Assembly: GCA_965208635.1 (NCBI GenBank)
Contig: OZ242349.1
Location: forward strand, 4,992,468-5,056,467
Direction of reading: 5' to 3'
Length of the DNA stretch: 64,000 bases
Source of the DNA: Candidatus Poribacteria bacterium
GTDB lineage: Bacteria; Poribacteria; WGA-4E; WGA-3G
Within the stretch, counting starts at the first letter, position 1, and each line of letters starts with the position of its first letter. Below are positions 30,198-40,069 of the stretch, in pieces. The notes beneath the pieces were generated by a model that had not been told where the DNA came from, made no database searches, and was given only the letters and a program-made list of their open reading frames with translations. The translations under genes were made by a program, and so were the position numbers.

Positions 30198-30848
30198 TTA
30201 AAATACGTTCACACCACCGAGCGGATGACTCGGAATATAGCGGAGATCGTTGTATGGGTCGCGCTGCAGCATCACTGGCACATCTAATTTGGGAAGCCGC
30301 ATTTCAGCCAATTTAAGACGTTGCTGAGGGGTAAGTTCTGCCGCGATTTCCCCAATGATTTCCTTAATCTCGTCGAGATAAATTTCGCGTTGCTTCAGAA
30401 ACTTCCGTGCCTCGTCCCTGAACTCGTTTAACTCCCGACGAGAACGCGTATCCATGAATCCGCTTTCGTATCGATCATAGTATCGCTGCGTCATACCCGC
30501 CCGGAATATTTGATAATCCACCTCCAACTGTTTCTTCTCAAAATCGTAGTCCTCAACGATATCACGGATAAGTTTCAGTTTCGGGTGAATCGTCTGCTGC
30601 TGTGCCGTTGTGAGTTTCAATGCAGGGGAACTCTTGGATATATCAATCAGTTTAAGTCCACCACACGCTTGCAAAAAACCGCAGAGGAGTAAAATGAAGA
30701 AGGGGATGGCAGAATAGCAGAATGGAAGAATGGCAGAATGAAAGGCTTCCCTCTCTTCCAACCTTCTAACCTTCCAGTCAACTCCTTCCAATCTCAAGAG
30801 CAAACGAAGGGCCCCTGTGTCAGTCCTACAAGTCATACAATTCACCAT
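30198..30848 (-). CDS. Hypothetical lipoprotein (start uncertain, probably downstream of 30848)
   Basis: FFILLLCGFLQA-C lipobox; helical body with LTPQQR motif. Confidence 0.55.
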   Translation of the reverse strand: MVNCMTCRTDTGALRLLLRLEGVDWKVRRLEEREAFHSAILPFCYSAIPFFILLLCGFLQACGGLKLIDISKSSPALKLTTAQQQTIHPKLKLIRDIVEDYDFEKKQLEVDYQIFRAGMTQRYYDRYESGFMDTRSRRELNEFRDEARKFLKQREIYLDEIKEIIGEIAAELTPQQRLKLAEMRLPKLDVPVMLQRDPYNDLRYIPSHPLGGVNVF

Positions 30849-32331
30849 ACTTCGTTCGGAGGTAGGCTATATAAGGTTCAATGGACAGAGGACCTCCAGT
30901 TGCGCGCTGAATAATTTCGGGTGCCGTATACTTCGATCCATGCTGGTAAAGATTCTCCCTCAACCAATCGTGGAGCGTAGCGAACTCGCCATTTTCAATT
31001 TCAGATGGAATATCAGGGTGCGCTTCGCGTGCCCCTGAGAAGAATTGAGCACCTAAAATATTACCCAACGTATAGCCCTGAAATGAGCCACCAATCAACC
31101 CATAATACCAATGAACGTCTTGCAAAACACCGTCTTTATCATCAGGAGGTACGATGCCGAAATCGGTTTCAAACCGTTCACGCCACACCTCCGGCAAATC
31201 ACGTATTTCCAAGTTGCCCTCTAAGAGTGCCAACTCGAAATCAAAACGCAACATGACGTGTAGGTTGTACGTAACTTCGTCCGCATTTGTGCGAATGAGG
31301 GAGCGTTCCACTTTGTTAATCGCACGGTGAAACGTCCCTAAGGGGACAGAACCCAACTGCTCAGGAAACACGCTTTGAAGTTGCGGATAGAAGTGCTGCC
31401 AAAACCCACGACTGCGTCCGACAATATTTTCCCAAAGCCTCGACTGACTTTCATGTACACCCGATGAGGTGCCGCCCGCAAGCGGAGTGCCTTCCAAATC
31501 CATACGAATTCCCTGTTCATAAAGAGCATGCCCGGTTTCGTGTAAAGTACTAAAGAGGGCATCGCCAAGGAAATTCTCTTTTGTACGGGTTGTGATTCTC
31601 ACGTCTCCGAGTGAGAACTTCGTCATAAATGGGTGATGTGTCTTATCTTGGCGACCTCGATTCAGATCGTAACCGAACTTTTGCGCAACCTCCATACCAA
31701 ACGCAAGCTGTTTCTCCTCAGGAAAGTGTTGGTGCAAACACGAATCGTCGGCGAGTGCTTGCGATGTAATCGCAGAAGCAATCGGCACGAGTTCTTGGCG
31801 TAACTCTGCAAAGACGCGACTCACATCAGTAGCCTTCATTCCATAATCGCTGGATTCAATGAGCGGATCCGCGATGTGATCGTAACCTGGAAAGAAGTCT
31901 GCTGCCTGACGGCTGTAGTCCAGCGTTTTTTCGAGATACGGACGTACCCGTTCAAAGTCATTCGCTGGACGCGCTTCAGTCCACACTTGATACGATCCGG
32001 AGGTGTGGTTCGTCACCTCAGCCATAAATTCAGCAGGGATTTTCGTAGCCCGCTCGTAGCTTCTACGTGTAACACGGAGAAGACTCGCTTCATCGGAATC
32101 GTAAGCGAGACTCTTTTCATAAGGCTCAAGGGTGTCAAGCAACCTTCCTATTTCCGGGTCGGTAATTTTTTCGTGTGCTAATCGTCTAAGTGTAGCACTT
32201 TGGCGTGCGCGGGCAGCGGCACCACCGGGCGGCATGTACGTCGTTTGATCCCAGTAGAGGAGTCCGGCGGCGGACGATATATCATTCGCTTCAAGCAGAA
32301 GGACTTTGAGTTGTTGGAATTTAGACTGCAC
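30826..32331 (-). CDS. Carboxypeptidase M32 (Taq-type)
   Basis: HPF, DVRITT, HETGH, HESQS, IRTNADE, LQDVHW; GTG start with AGGAGA SD. Confidence 0.95.
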   Translation of the reverse strand: MQSKFQQLKVLLLEANDISSAAGLLYWDQTTYMPPGGAAARARQSATLRRLAHEKITDPEIGRLLDTLEPYEKSLAYDSDEASLLRVTRRSYERATKIPAEFMAEVTNHTSGSYQVWTEARPANDFERVRPYLEKTLDYSRQAADFFPGYDHIADPLIESSDYGMKATDVSRVFAELRQELVPIASAITSQALADDSCLHQHFPEEKQLAFGMEVAQKFGYDLNRGRQDKTHHPFMTKFSLGDVRITTRTKENFLGDALFSTLHETGHALYEQGIRMDLEGTPLAGGTSSGVHESQSRLWENIVGRSRGFWQHFYPQLQSVFPEQLGSVPLGTFHRAINKVERSLIRTNADEVTYNLHVMLRFDFELALLEGNLEIRDLPEVWRERFETDFGIVPPDDKDGVLQDVHWYYGLIGGSFQGYTLGNILGAQFFSGAREAHPDIPSEIENGEFATLHDWLRENLYQHGSKYTAPEIIQRATGGPLSIEPYIAYLRTKYGELYDL

Positions 32332-32582
32332 AGTATTCTCCTGTTTCACAATTGCGTATTGACTCGCGTAGAGTCCTAATATTCGTATCACTATTATGCG
32401 TGCTGCTATCGTGCAAAGGTATTGTGTTGTGATACATTTGGCAGGCATATTTCTTCGCAAATCTATCTTCACTATTCTATCACAGTAGGATCCTAAAATC
32501 AATCGATTTTAGAAAATAATCAAACCCGTACCCGCTTGACAAAAAAGCAACCAATCCCTGTCAATTGATAAAAATTCCGATT

Positions 32583-32616
32583 TTGTCTTATTTTCGTAAC
32601 AATTGGGTGTTATAAT
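32583..32616 (+). promoter_or_regulatory. Pho box plus -10 element of the pst operon
   Basis: TTGTCTT-ATTT-TCGTAAC ending 10 bp before TATAAT (32611-32616), the canonical PhoB geometry. Confidence 0.65.
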
Positions 32617-32648
32617 TTAGGTTAGAATTTTATGAGAGAGGTAGATAG

Positions 32649-33575
32649 ATGCAGAGAAATAGTCAGATCGGCTATACGATTACCTGCCTTCTTGTCGTTT
32701 TAGCATGTGGCTTCGTCATGAACGGTTGTTCACCCCAAGACGATGCAAGTGTTGCGAAGGCAGAGGGAACACAATTCATCATAAAAAATAAAGGCTCAGA
32801 TACAATAGTGAATCTGGCACAGGCATGGGCTGAAAAGTACACGGATATCAGCACCACCGCATCGGTGGAAGTGTCCGGTGGCGGCTCCGGGACAGGTGTC
32901 GCTGCACTCATCAATGGCACCGTAGATATTGCGAACTGCAGCCGCCAGATTAAACCGAAAGAGTTGGAACTTGCGGCGCAAAATAATGGTAAAGTCCCTC
33001 AGGAATTTATCGTCGGCTACGATGCCCTCGCTGTTTATGTGCACCAAGATACACCCCTCAATAAAATTACGATTACTCAACTCGCAGAAATTTATGGTGA
33101 GAACGGCACAATCAGCAAATGGAGCGATCTCGGTATATTACATAGCGACTGTCCAAGTGACAAGATTATCCGCATCAGTCGCCAATCTAATTCCGGCACT
33201 TATTTCTATTTCCGAGAAGCACTTCTCGGCACAAGCCGTGATTTCCGTATAGGTTCGTTGGATCTACACGGCTCCAAAGATGTCGTGGAAGTTGTCGGAA
33301 GGACTCCGTGTGCTATCGGCTACAGCGGAATGGGATACGCGACCTCACATGTGAAAATGTTAGAGGTTGCCGCCGATCCCGATTCGCCTTACTACCCCCC
33401 GAACCTTGAAAATGTCCTTGCCAAAACCTACCCTATCGCGCGTCCATTGTACATGTACTCCCTCGGTGAACCTACAGGAGAAGTGAAGATATATCTCGAT
33501 TGGATTTTGTCAGCAGAGGGACAAAAGATCGTTGAGAAACTCGGCTTCGTACCGTTAGAAAGTAAATCAGAATAA
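32649..33575 (+). CDS. pstS: Phosphate ABC transporter substrate-binding lipoprotein
   Basis: Lipobox, GSDT, GGGSGTG, SRQSNSGT, YPIARPLY. Confidence 0.93.
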   Translation: MQRNSQIGYTITCLLVVLACGFVMNGCSPQDDASVAKAEGTQFIIKNKGSDTIVNLAQAWAEKYTDISTTASVEVSGGGSGTGVAALINGTVDIANCSRQIKPKELELAAQNNGKVPQEFIVGYDALAVYVHQDTPLNKITITQLAEIYGENGTISKWSDLGILHSDCPSDKIIRISRQSNSGTYFYFREALLGTSRDFRIGSLDLHGSKDVVEVVGRTPCAIGYSGMGYATSHVKMLEVAADPDSPYYPPNLENVLAKTYPIARPLYMYSLGEPTGEVKIYLDWILSAEGQKIVEKLGFVPLESKSE

Positions 33576-33577
33576 AT

Positions 33578-34483
33578 ATGAACATCCTACGCAAAAAAAG
33601 CGCGGCAAATCTGCCCTTTTCCGAAACAGCGATTGAACTATTTATTCGTCTGTGTGGTATTAGTTCCATTATCTTTGTATTCGGTATCTTTTTCTTTGTA
33701 TTCAGGGAGGGAGCGGGTTTTCTTTTCAACGGCTTAGATTTAGGACAATTTTTAACAAGCGTAGAGTGGCAACCGACCTCATTGAATAATAAAAGGTACG
33801 GCGCATTTGCGCTGATCGTCGGAACTTTCAGCGTTACCCTCTTAGCCATGTGTATCGCTGTCCCGTTTGGGCTTGGTGCGGCGATCTTTGTATCGGAGTT
33901 CTGTAGTCCAAAACTGAGAGAAACATTTAAGATCATCATTGAACTGCTCGCCGCCATCCCGTCGGTTGTATGGGGGTTCATCGGATTGACACTGATGAAT
34001 CAATTGATTATCGCAGTGTTCAAAGCTCCGATTGGTTTAACAATGCTGAACGGTAGTATTATGTTGGCATTGATGAGTGTCCCAATTATCGTTTCTATAG
34101 CGGAAGATGCTCTAAAAGCAGTCCCGGATTCCTATCGAGAAGCGGCGGAGGCACTCGGTGCGACTCGGTGGCAGGTAGTTTATCGTGTGCTTTTACCAGC
34201 CGCAAAAAACGGTCTCCTGGCGGCGGTCCTACTCGGTGCCGCACGCTCTATCGGTGAAACGATGGCTGTCCTTATGGCAACCGGACACTCCGTTAACATT
34301 CCATCGGGTCCACTCTCTTGGATCCGCACGCTCACAGCAACGATCGCCGCTGAATTGGGCGAAGTTGCAAGAGGAGACGAACACTATCAAGTGCTCTTTA
34401 TCATCGGTATTTTGCTTTTCACCATTACATTTGTGGTGAACCTCATCGCCGACTTAGTGATAAAAGGAATCCGCGCAGAATAG
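33578..34483 (+). CDS. pstC: Phosphate ABC transporter permease PstC
   Basis: ELLAAIPSVVWG, REAAEALGAT, GETMAVLM. Confidence 0.95.
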   Translation: MNILRKKSAANLPFSETAIELFIRLCGISSIIFVFGIFFFVFREGAGFLFNGLDLGQFLTSVEWQPTSLNNKRYGAFALIVGTFSVTLLAMCIAVPFGLGAAIFVSEFCSPKLRETFKIIIELLAAIPSVVWGFIGLTLMNQLIIAVFKAPIGLTMLNGSIMLALMSVPIIVSIAEDALKAVPDSYREAAEALGATRWQVVYRVLLPAAKNGLLAAVLLGAARSIGETMAVLMATGHSVNIPSGPLSWIRTLTATIAAELGEVARGDEHYQVLFIIGILLFTITFVVNLIADLVIKGIRAE

Positions 34484-34514
34484 TTGTCAGTTATCGGTTA
34501 TCAGTTGTCAGTTA
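34484..34514. repeat. Heptamer tandem repeat
   Basis: ttgtcagttatcggttatcagttgtcagtt. Confidence 0.75.
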
Positions 34515-34561
34515 AGAGGGGTTTGCAGAAGAAAGCGTATCTCTTAAGATAGTCGCAGAAC

Positions 34562-34651
34562 CCGTAGTCCGTAATGTAATGGAGATCGGATTTAAGAAAC
34601 AGACTTGAGAGTTCAGACGCACGTTATTTAACCGCAAGGTAAAATTAAAAA
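34562..34651 (+). repeat. Dispersed repeat ending at the pstA start codon
   Basis: cgtagtccgtaatgtaatggagatcggat...aaccgcaaggtaaaattaaaaa-ATG. Confidence 0.8.
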
Positions 34652-35536
34652 ATGTTTACAGAAACAGCAATCAGCAAACAAAAGCGGCGGGCAGAGAATG
34701 TGATGCGAATCTTCCTCCTTGTGATGACAAGTCTGATGATCCTTCCACTGCTTCTCATTATCGGTTACCTTCTTTACAAGGCACTGCCGGTTCTCTCCTT
34801 GGAGTTCCTATTCACGAATCCGAAAGACAACATGCGCGCAGGGGGACTTTGGGCACCCTTCTTGGGGACAATTTATTTGGTGGTTGTTTCTTTATTAGTA
34901 TCGGCACCGATTGGTGTATTCGCGGCAGTGTATCTCAACGAGTACGCCCGTGAGAGTTGGTTCACGCGTATCACGAATTTAGCGGTTGTGAATCTTGCGG
35001 GTGTACCGAGCATCGTCCATGCCCTGTTCGGTGTTGGGGCGTTTGTGCTATTCGCGGGTTTAGGCGAATCCATCTTAGCGGCATCGCTCACGTTAGCCAT
35101 CATGACGCTTCCAGTTATTATCGCCAGCACGACAGAAGCCCTCAAAGCCGTTCCTATGTCTTTCCGAGAGGCATGTTGGAATCTTGGTGCGACGCGCTGG
35201 CAAACGATTCGTCGTATCGTTATCCCTAACTCCATCAGTGGCATTTTGACAGGCGTTATATTACAGGTATCACGAGCGGCAGGTGAAACGGCACCCATTA
35301 TGTTCACGGGTGCGGTTTTTTATAAAAATATTGCAGAAGGAAACCCTTTTGCGTATAATATAACAGAACAGTGTATGGCACTCTCGTTACATCTCTTTAC
35401 GATTTCAACACAGGTTCCAGACGTTACAGAGGGTATCCCGTACGGGACTGCGATTGTCCTTGTAGGCAGTGTCTTACTCGTCAATGCCGCAGCGATTGTG
35501 CTAAGGGTGTATCTCCGAACACGGAAAAAGTGGTAA
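34652..35536 (+). CDS. pstA: Phosphate ABC transporter permease PstA
   Basis: AVYLNEY, NLAGVPSIV, RAAGETAP. Confidence 0.95.
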   Translation: MFTETAISKQKRRAENVMRIFLLVMTSLMILPLLLIIGYLLYKALPVLSLEFLFTNPKDNMRAGGLWAPFLGTIYLVVVSLLVSAPIGVFAAVYLNEYARESWFTRITNLAVVNLAGVPSIVHALFGVGAFVLFAGLGESILAASLTLAIMTLPVIIASTTEALKAVPMSFREACWNLGATRWQTIRRIVIPNSISGILTGVILQVSRAAGETAPIMFTGAVFYKNIAEGNPFAYNITEQCMALSLHLFTISTQVPDVTEGIPYGTAIVLVGSVLLVNAAAIVLRVYLRTRKKW

Positions 35537-35725
35537 GATGGCAATCAGCCGTCAGAAGAATAGTCGGCTATCGGCTGTCGGCTGTCGGCAAGAGGGTTTT
35601 GGATCACCAGACGCTTCTTAAGTATTCCGCAAAGATCGCGAGTACAACTCGCTCCTACAAGAAAACATTGCTGCCGAATTACCCAATTAAGTTAAGCTTC
35701 ATACGGTTTTCAATAACTATAAAGA

Positions 35726-36460
35726 ATGAACAAAGAGAAATTACGAGCGATCATTGAAGGGAACATCGTTAGTGGAATAATCCAGTTCCTGATCCTCGCT
35801 TCCGCTGTCGTCTTTGTGCTTGAATCTGATAGCGAGGACCCACAGGCACTTCATTTCATTGTGCTGGACTCGGTATTTCTTGGCTTATTTTCCATCGAAT
35901 ATATCCTACGAGTTTATATGGAATCCAGAAAGCGGGATTTCATTTTCAGTTTCTACGGCATAATAGACTTACTCGCTATTCTACCATCTCTGTTTCTTCT
36001 ACCAGGCTTCCGTGTGCTTCGGATACTACGGTTCCTACGGATTTTCAGAATCTTCAAAGCGACCCGATTTATCCTCGCAGTAGATCGGCTCACCGAAGCA
36101 TTGAATGAAATCCGGCGAGAACTTTTAGCACTGGTCATCCTGTCAATGATGTTGGTCTATCTCGCGGCGTGTGGTATCCACTATTTTGAAAGAAATGTAC
36201 AACCCGAAGAATTCGGAACCATTCTTGATTCCATGTGGTGGGCTATCGTGACGCTAACAACAGTCGGCTACGGAGATGTCTATCCGATAACACCAGGAGG
36301 CAAACTTTTCACGGCGGTTGTCACCCTTGTTGGCGTAGGATTAATCGCGATTCCATCCGGACTGTTAGCCTCAGTTTTGACGGAAGCACGGGTGGAACGT
36401 AAAAAAGAAGAAAATGACGAAGACGTGGAAAATAGATCCACGGAAGGCATCGACAAATAG
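35726..36460 (+). CDS. Voltage-gated-type potassium channel (6-TM ion transporter)
   Basis: S4 RVLRILRFLRIFRIFK; pore TTVGYGD. Confidence 0.92.
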   Translation: MNKEKLRAIIEGNIVSGIIQFLILASAVVFVLESDSEDPQALHFIVLDSVFLGLFSIEYILRVYMESRKRDFIFSFYGIIDLLAILPSLFLLPGFRVLRILRFLRIFRIFKATRFILAVDRLTEALNEIRRELLALVILSMMLVYLAACGIHYFERNVQPEEFGTILDSMWWAIVTLTTVGYGDVYPITPGGKLFTAVVTLVGVGLIAIPSGLLASVLTEARVERKKEENDEDVENRSTEGIDK

Positions 36461-36462
36461 AC

Positions 36463-37248
36463 ATGAAATCAAATAGCCAGAATGGATCACAAACTACACC
36501 TATAATTGAGGTTACTGACCTGAAAGTGCGTTATGGAGATAAATCTGCACTGAACGGCGTCTCATTCGATGTGTACCAGAACGAGATTCTCGGCATAATC
36601 GGTCCTGCGCAATCCGGTAAAACAACGCTCTTGAAAGTTATCAATAGAACCCTGGAATTTACACCCGACACAACCATAGAAGGCTCCGTGAAATTGGACG
36701 GCGAAGACGTTAGCACAGTTGGTGATGTATATGGCTTACGTCGACGTATCGGTATGGTTCAGCCTTTACCGGTCGGTCTACCGCTTTCCATATATGATAA
36801 CGTCGCTTTTGCACCACGCACAGCAGGCGTTCGTGCAAAATCGGCATTAGACGAAATCGTCGAACGGTGTTTACAACAAGCAGCACTATGGGAAGAGGTA
36901 AAGGAGCGGTTGAATACACTCGGCACCAAATTATCAGGTGGACAACAACAACGTTTGACAATCGCTCGTGCCCTTTCACATCAACCAGAGATTCTTTGTC
37001 TCGATGAATTCTCAATCGCTGTCGATCCTGTCACAACGATGCGTATTGAAGAAGTGCTCAAAACTTTACGAGCAGAAATGACTATTTTACTCGTTACGAA
37101 TTTGGTGCAACAGGCGAAACGACTGGCGAACCGCACTGCTTTTTTCCTCAACGGCGATCTTATTGAGATTGATACAACAGATACAATTTTCTCTGAAAAT
37201 CCGACACAGCAAGCCACTTACGACTATGTGAATGGGACTTTTGGTTAG
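36463..37248 (+). CDS. pstB: Phosphate ABC ATPase PstB copy 1 (intact signature; altered Q-, D- and H-loops)
   Basis: GPAQSGKT, GMVQPLP, LSGGQQQRL, DEFSIAVDP, VTN. Confidence 0.88.
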   Translation: MKSNSQNGSQTTPIIEVTDLKVRYGDKSALNGVSFDVYQNEILGIIGPAQSGKTTLLKVINRTLEFTPDTTIEGSVKLDGEDVSTVGDVYGLRRRIGMVQPLPVGLPLSIYDNVAFAPRTAGVRAKSALDEIVERCLQQAALWEEVKERLNTLGTKLSGGQQQRLTIARALSHQPEILCLDEFSIAVDPVTTMRIEEVLKTLRAEMTILLVTNLVQQAKRLANRTAFFLNGDLIEIDTTDTIFSENPTQQATYDYVNGTFG

Positions 37249-37335
37249 CAGTTAACAGTCAACAGTTAACAGTTGTCAGCGAAAGAGGTTCTTTGCGTAC
37301 CCAAGTTTCTTTTGTAACTGGAAATTTTGGAAAAA

Positions 37336-38100
37336 ATGAATTATAGCATTGAAACTGAAAATCTCAGTCTCTGGTATGGTGATTTCCAAGCCCTCATTGA
37401 TGTGAACGTGAAAATACCGGACGGTCAGATAACCTCGCTTATCGGTCCTTCTGGGTGCGGAAAAACAACGCTACTGCGCTGTTTCAATCGTGTCAACGAA
37501 CGTTATGGCAACGTCACGACCAAAGGGAAAATCGAGATTTTAGGAAAAAACATCTACGACACCGATGTCTCTTTGCCGGAACTCCGAAAATCGGTTGGCA
37601 TGGTGTTCCAAAGACCTAACCCATTGCCGATTTCAGTTTACGATAATATATTGTTCGGCTTGCGTATTCACTCTCCAGTGCGGAGTATAACACGAACAGA
37701 ATCAGATCAGATTGTTGAGGAAGCACTCACATCCGTCTTCCTTTGGGAGGATCTGAAGGATAAATTGAAGGTGCGGGCAACATCACTCCAACTCGAACAG
37801 CAGCAAAAACTCTGTATTGCGCGTCTGCTACCGCTGAAACCGAGAATCATTCTGATGGACGAACCGTGCTCTGCGTTAGATACGAAAGGCACGCTTGCCG
37901 TTGAAGAATTAATGGAAGCCCTTGCCGGAACATACACATTCCTTATTGTAACTCACAACATGGCGCAGGCGCGGCGAGTCAGTAAGGAATGTATCTATAT
38001 GTTTCTCGGAGAGCTTATTGAACACAGAGAAACGCAAGCTCTCTTTGAAACACCCCAACATCCTAAGACTGCGGATTACGTGCAAATGCGTTACGGATAA
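37336..38100 (+). CDS. pstB: Phosphate ABC ATPase PstB copy 2 (degenerate signature)
   Basis: GPSGCGKT, GMVFQRPNP, LQLEQQQKL, DEPCSALD, VTH. Confidence 0.9.
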   Translation: MNYSIETENLSLWYGDFQALIDVNVKIPDGQITSLIGPSGCGKTTLLRCFNRVNERYGNVTTKGKIEILGKNIYDTDVSLPELRKSVGMVFQRPNPLPISVYDNILFGLRIHSPVRSITRTESDQIVEEALTSVFLWEDLKDKLKVRATSLQLEQQQKLCIARLLPLKPRIILMDEPCSALDTKGTLAVEELMEALAGTYTFLIVTHNMAQARRVSKECIYMFLGELIEHRETQALFETPQHPKTADYVQMRYG

Positions 38101-38270
38101 GAATAGCCGTCAGTCATCAGCCGTCAGCAAGAATGGCTGTCGGCAGTCAGCAGTCAGCAATCAGCAAAGAGGTGGGTTTGTAACAATCTTCCGCAGTTTG
38201 GAATATTTCAGGATGCGGTAAATTGTTCCCAAGAACCCTCTTACCGATAGCCGGTGGTCTCCGATAGCCA
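38101..38270. repeat. Palindromic element with heptamer arms and central tttggaatatt(t/c)ca
   Basis: Inverted homologue of 60538-60660. Confidence 0.75.
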
Positions 38271-38273
38271 ATT

Positions 38274-39125
38274 ATGATTTCCTTGATGACTCGCTCAGAA
38301 CTCAGAAAAAAAATCGCTTTGCAGGGTATTGCTTTCATTATAGTGGGTGCCGCGTTTATTTTTCTCTGGAACAACCTTAAAAAGACCCAAGTCGCTAACA
38401 TTCAAACGCCGTCAGCTTCTCATATATCCGGCACATTGCCCAGTCTGCTCAGCGATCTCAATCTGATTCTACCCGTCAGCCTTCTGGCTGTTGTGTTCGG
38501 GGTAGCCTGTGCTTTTTACTTAGAGGAATGGCTGCGACCAACAAGTTGGGTTCGGCGTTTCATCGAAAGTCAAGTCGCTTTTTTGACTGAAATTCCTTCA
38601 CTCTTGTACGGACTCTTAGCAATCGCAATTCTTTTTAGCTACGCTGGCGTTTTTAAAGAGATTGGAACGCCCTCTCCTGCCCAAAATGTGAATGAATCCG
38701 GATTAGAAGCAATACTCTTCCAGCGTAATATTGCGATATTTTACGCAGAGACTTCAGTCTTCATTTTGATAGCAATGCCAGTAGCAATCAAAACAACCCA
38801 AGAGGCACTTCGATCAGTTTCGACACCGATCCGTGAATCCGCCTATGTGTTAGGAGCCAATCAATGGCAAGTCTTAGCAAAACAGGTCGTGCCACTTGCC
38901 TTTCCAAGGATGCTTGCGGGGGGATGCCGAGCAATGTCGCGAGCATTTGCCGCAGCCGCATTACTCATCGGTGTTCATATACCGGGACATACAACAGGTC
39001 CCAGAGGAATACCAGACAGATTCATGTTATTCTTAGGAGGCGCACTATTACTGAGTGCCATTTCCAGTCTCCTGAAGGAATCGGGGTCAGAAAGCCCCGC
39101 CACCGCTATGGCACGCCCCGATTAA
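38274..39125 (+). CDS. Divergent PstA-like permease
   Basis: AFYLEEW, IPSLLYG, RESAYVLGA; lacks the GETAP motif. Confidence 0.7.
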   Translation: MISLMTRSELRKKIALQGIAFIIVGAAFIFLWNNLKKTQVANIQTPSASHISGTLPSLLSDLNLILPVSLLAVVFGVACAFYLEEWLRPTSWVRRFIESQVAFLTEIPSLLYGLLAIAILFSYAGVFKEIGTPSPAQNVNESGLEAILFQRNIAIFYAETSVFILIAMPVAIKTTQEALRSVSTPIRESAYVLGANQWQVLAKQVVPLAFPRMLAGGCRAMSRAFAAAALLIGVHIPGHTTGPRGIPDRFMLFLGGALLLSAISSLLKESGSESPATAMARPD

Positions 39126-39177
39126 CTTTCGCAAGACAGATGGAGGCGCGAATCCTAAATTTCTCGCGATACCAACG

Positions 39178-39948
39178 ATGCAGATTGAAGAAAAAGAACC
39201 CATCCTGAGCATCCATAACCTAAGTGTGTGGTATGGCGATAACCAGATTCTGAACTCCCTCTCATTTGAGGTGCAACCGAGACAGATAACTGCGCTCATT
39301 GGTCCTGCCAATTGCGGTAAAAGCACACTCGTCCGGTGTTTCAACCGTTTAAATGACTTTACACCGAATTTTAGGTTCAATGGGGAAATACTTTTTAACG
39401 GCAGGGACATGTATGAAAAAAAGACAGATGTCACCGCTATTCGGAAAAAGATTGGAATGGTGTTCCGAAAACCTGAACCCTTTCGGTGTTCTATCTACGA
39501 GAACGTGGCATACGGGGCTCGGATCGCAGGTATAAATCAATCTTCACAGCTGGATACCATTATCCAAAGAAGTCTCCAAAGATCAGGACTCTGGGACGAA
39601 GTTGAACCCATCTTGCACGGTAATCCGGCGCGACTCTCTATAGGACAGCAGCAACTCCTCTGTATCGCACGTGCTTTAACTGTTGAACCAGAAATCCTAA
39701 TATTTGATGAACCGTGTGGGGAACTTGATCCGATCGAAACCGTTAAAATCGAGAATCTCATGCGGGATTTAAGAAACGATTGCACACTTATCTTCGTCAC
39801 CAACAAAAGAAGGCAAGCCGCTCGCGTTTCGGATGTCGCGGGGTTTCTCTACTGTGGCGAATTGATCGAATTCGGATCGACAGAGAAGATTTTTACAAAT
39901 CCACAAGATATCAGAACAGAACAATATGTGACAGGAAGATTAGGTTAA
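39178..39948 (+). CDS. pstB: PstB-like ATPase copy 3 (degenerate)
   Basis: GPANCGKS, GMVFRKP, LSIGQQQLL, DEPCGELDP, VTN. Confidence 0.8.
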   Translation: MQIEEKEPILSIHNLSVWYGDNQILNSLSFEVQPRQITALIGPANCGKSTLVRCFNRLNDFTPNFRFNGEILFNGRDMYEKKTDVTAIRKKIGMVFRKPEPFRCSIYENVAYGARIAGINQSSQLDTIIQRSLQRSGLWDEVEPILHGNPARLSIGQQQLLCIARALTVEPEILIFDEPCGELDPIETVKIENLMRDLRNDCTLIFVTNKRRQAARVSDVAGFLYCGELIEFGSTEKIFTNPQDIRTEQYVTGRLG

Positions 39949-40069
39949 CGACCAATATAGTTGTCAGTTAACAGTTAGAAGAGATTTTTGACGAGACCAC
40001 ATGCTCTTTCATTGATAATTGAAGACTCCGCTCAGTGTGAGGCATGTTAACTATCGTCCAAGGAAGAAT

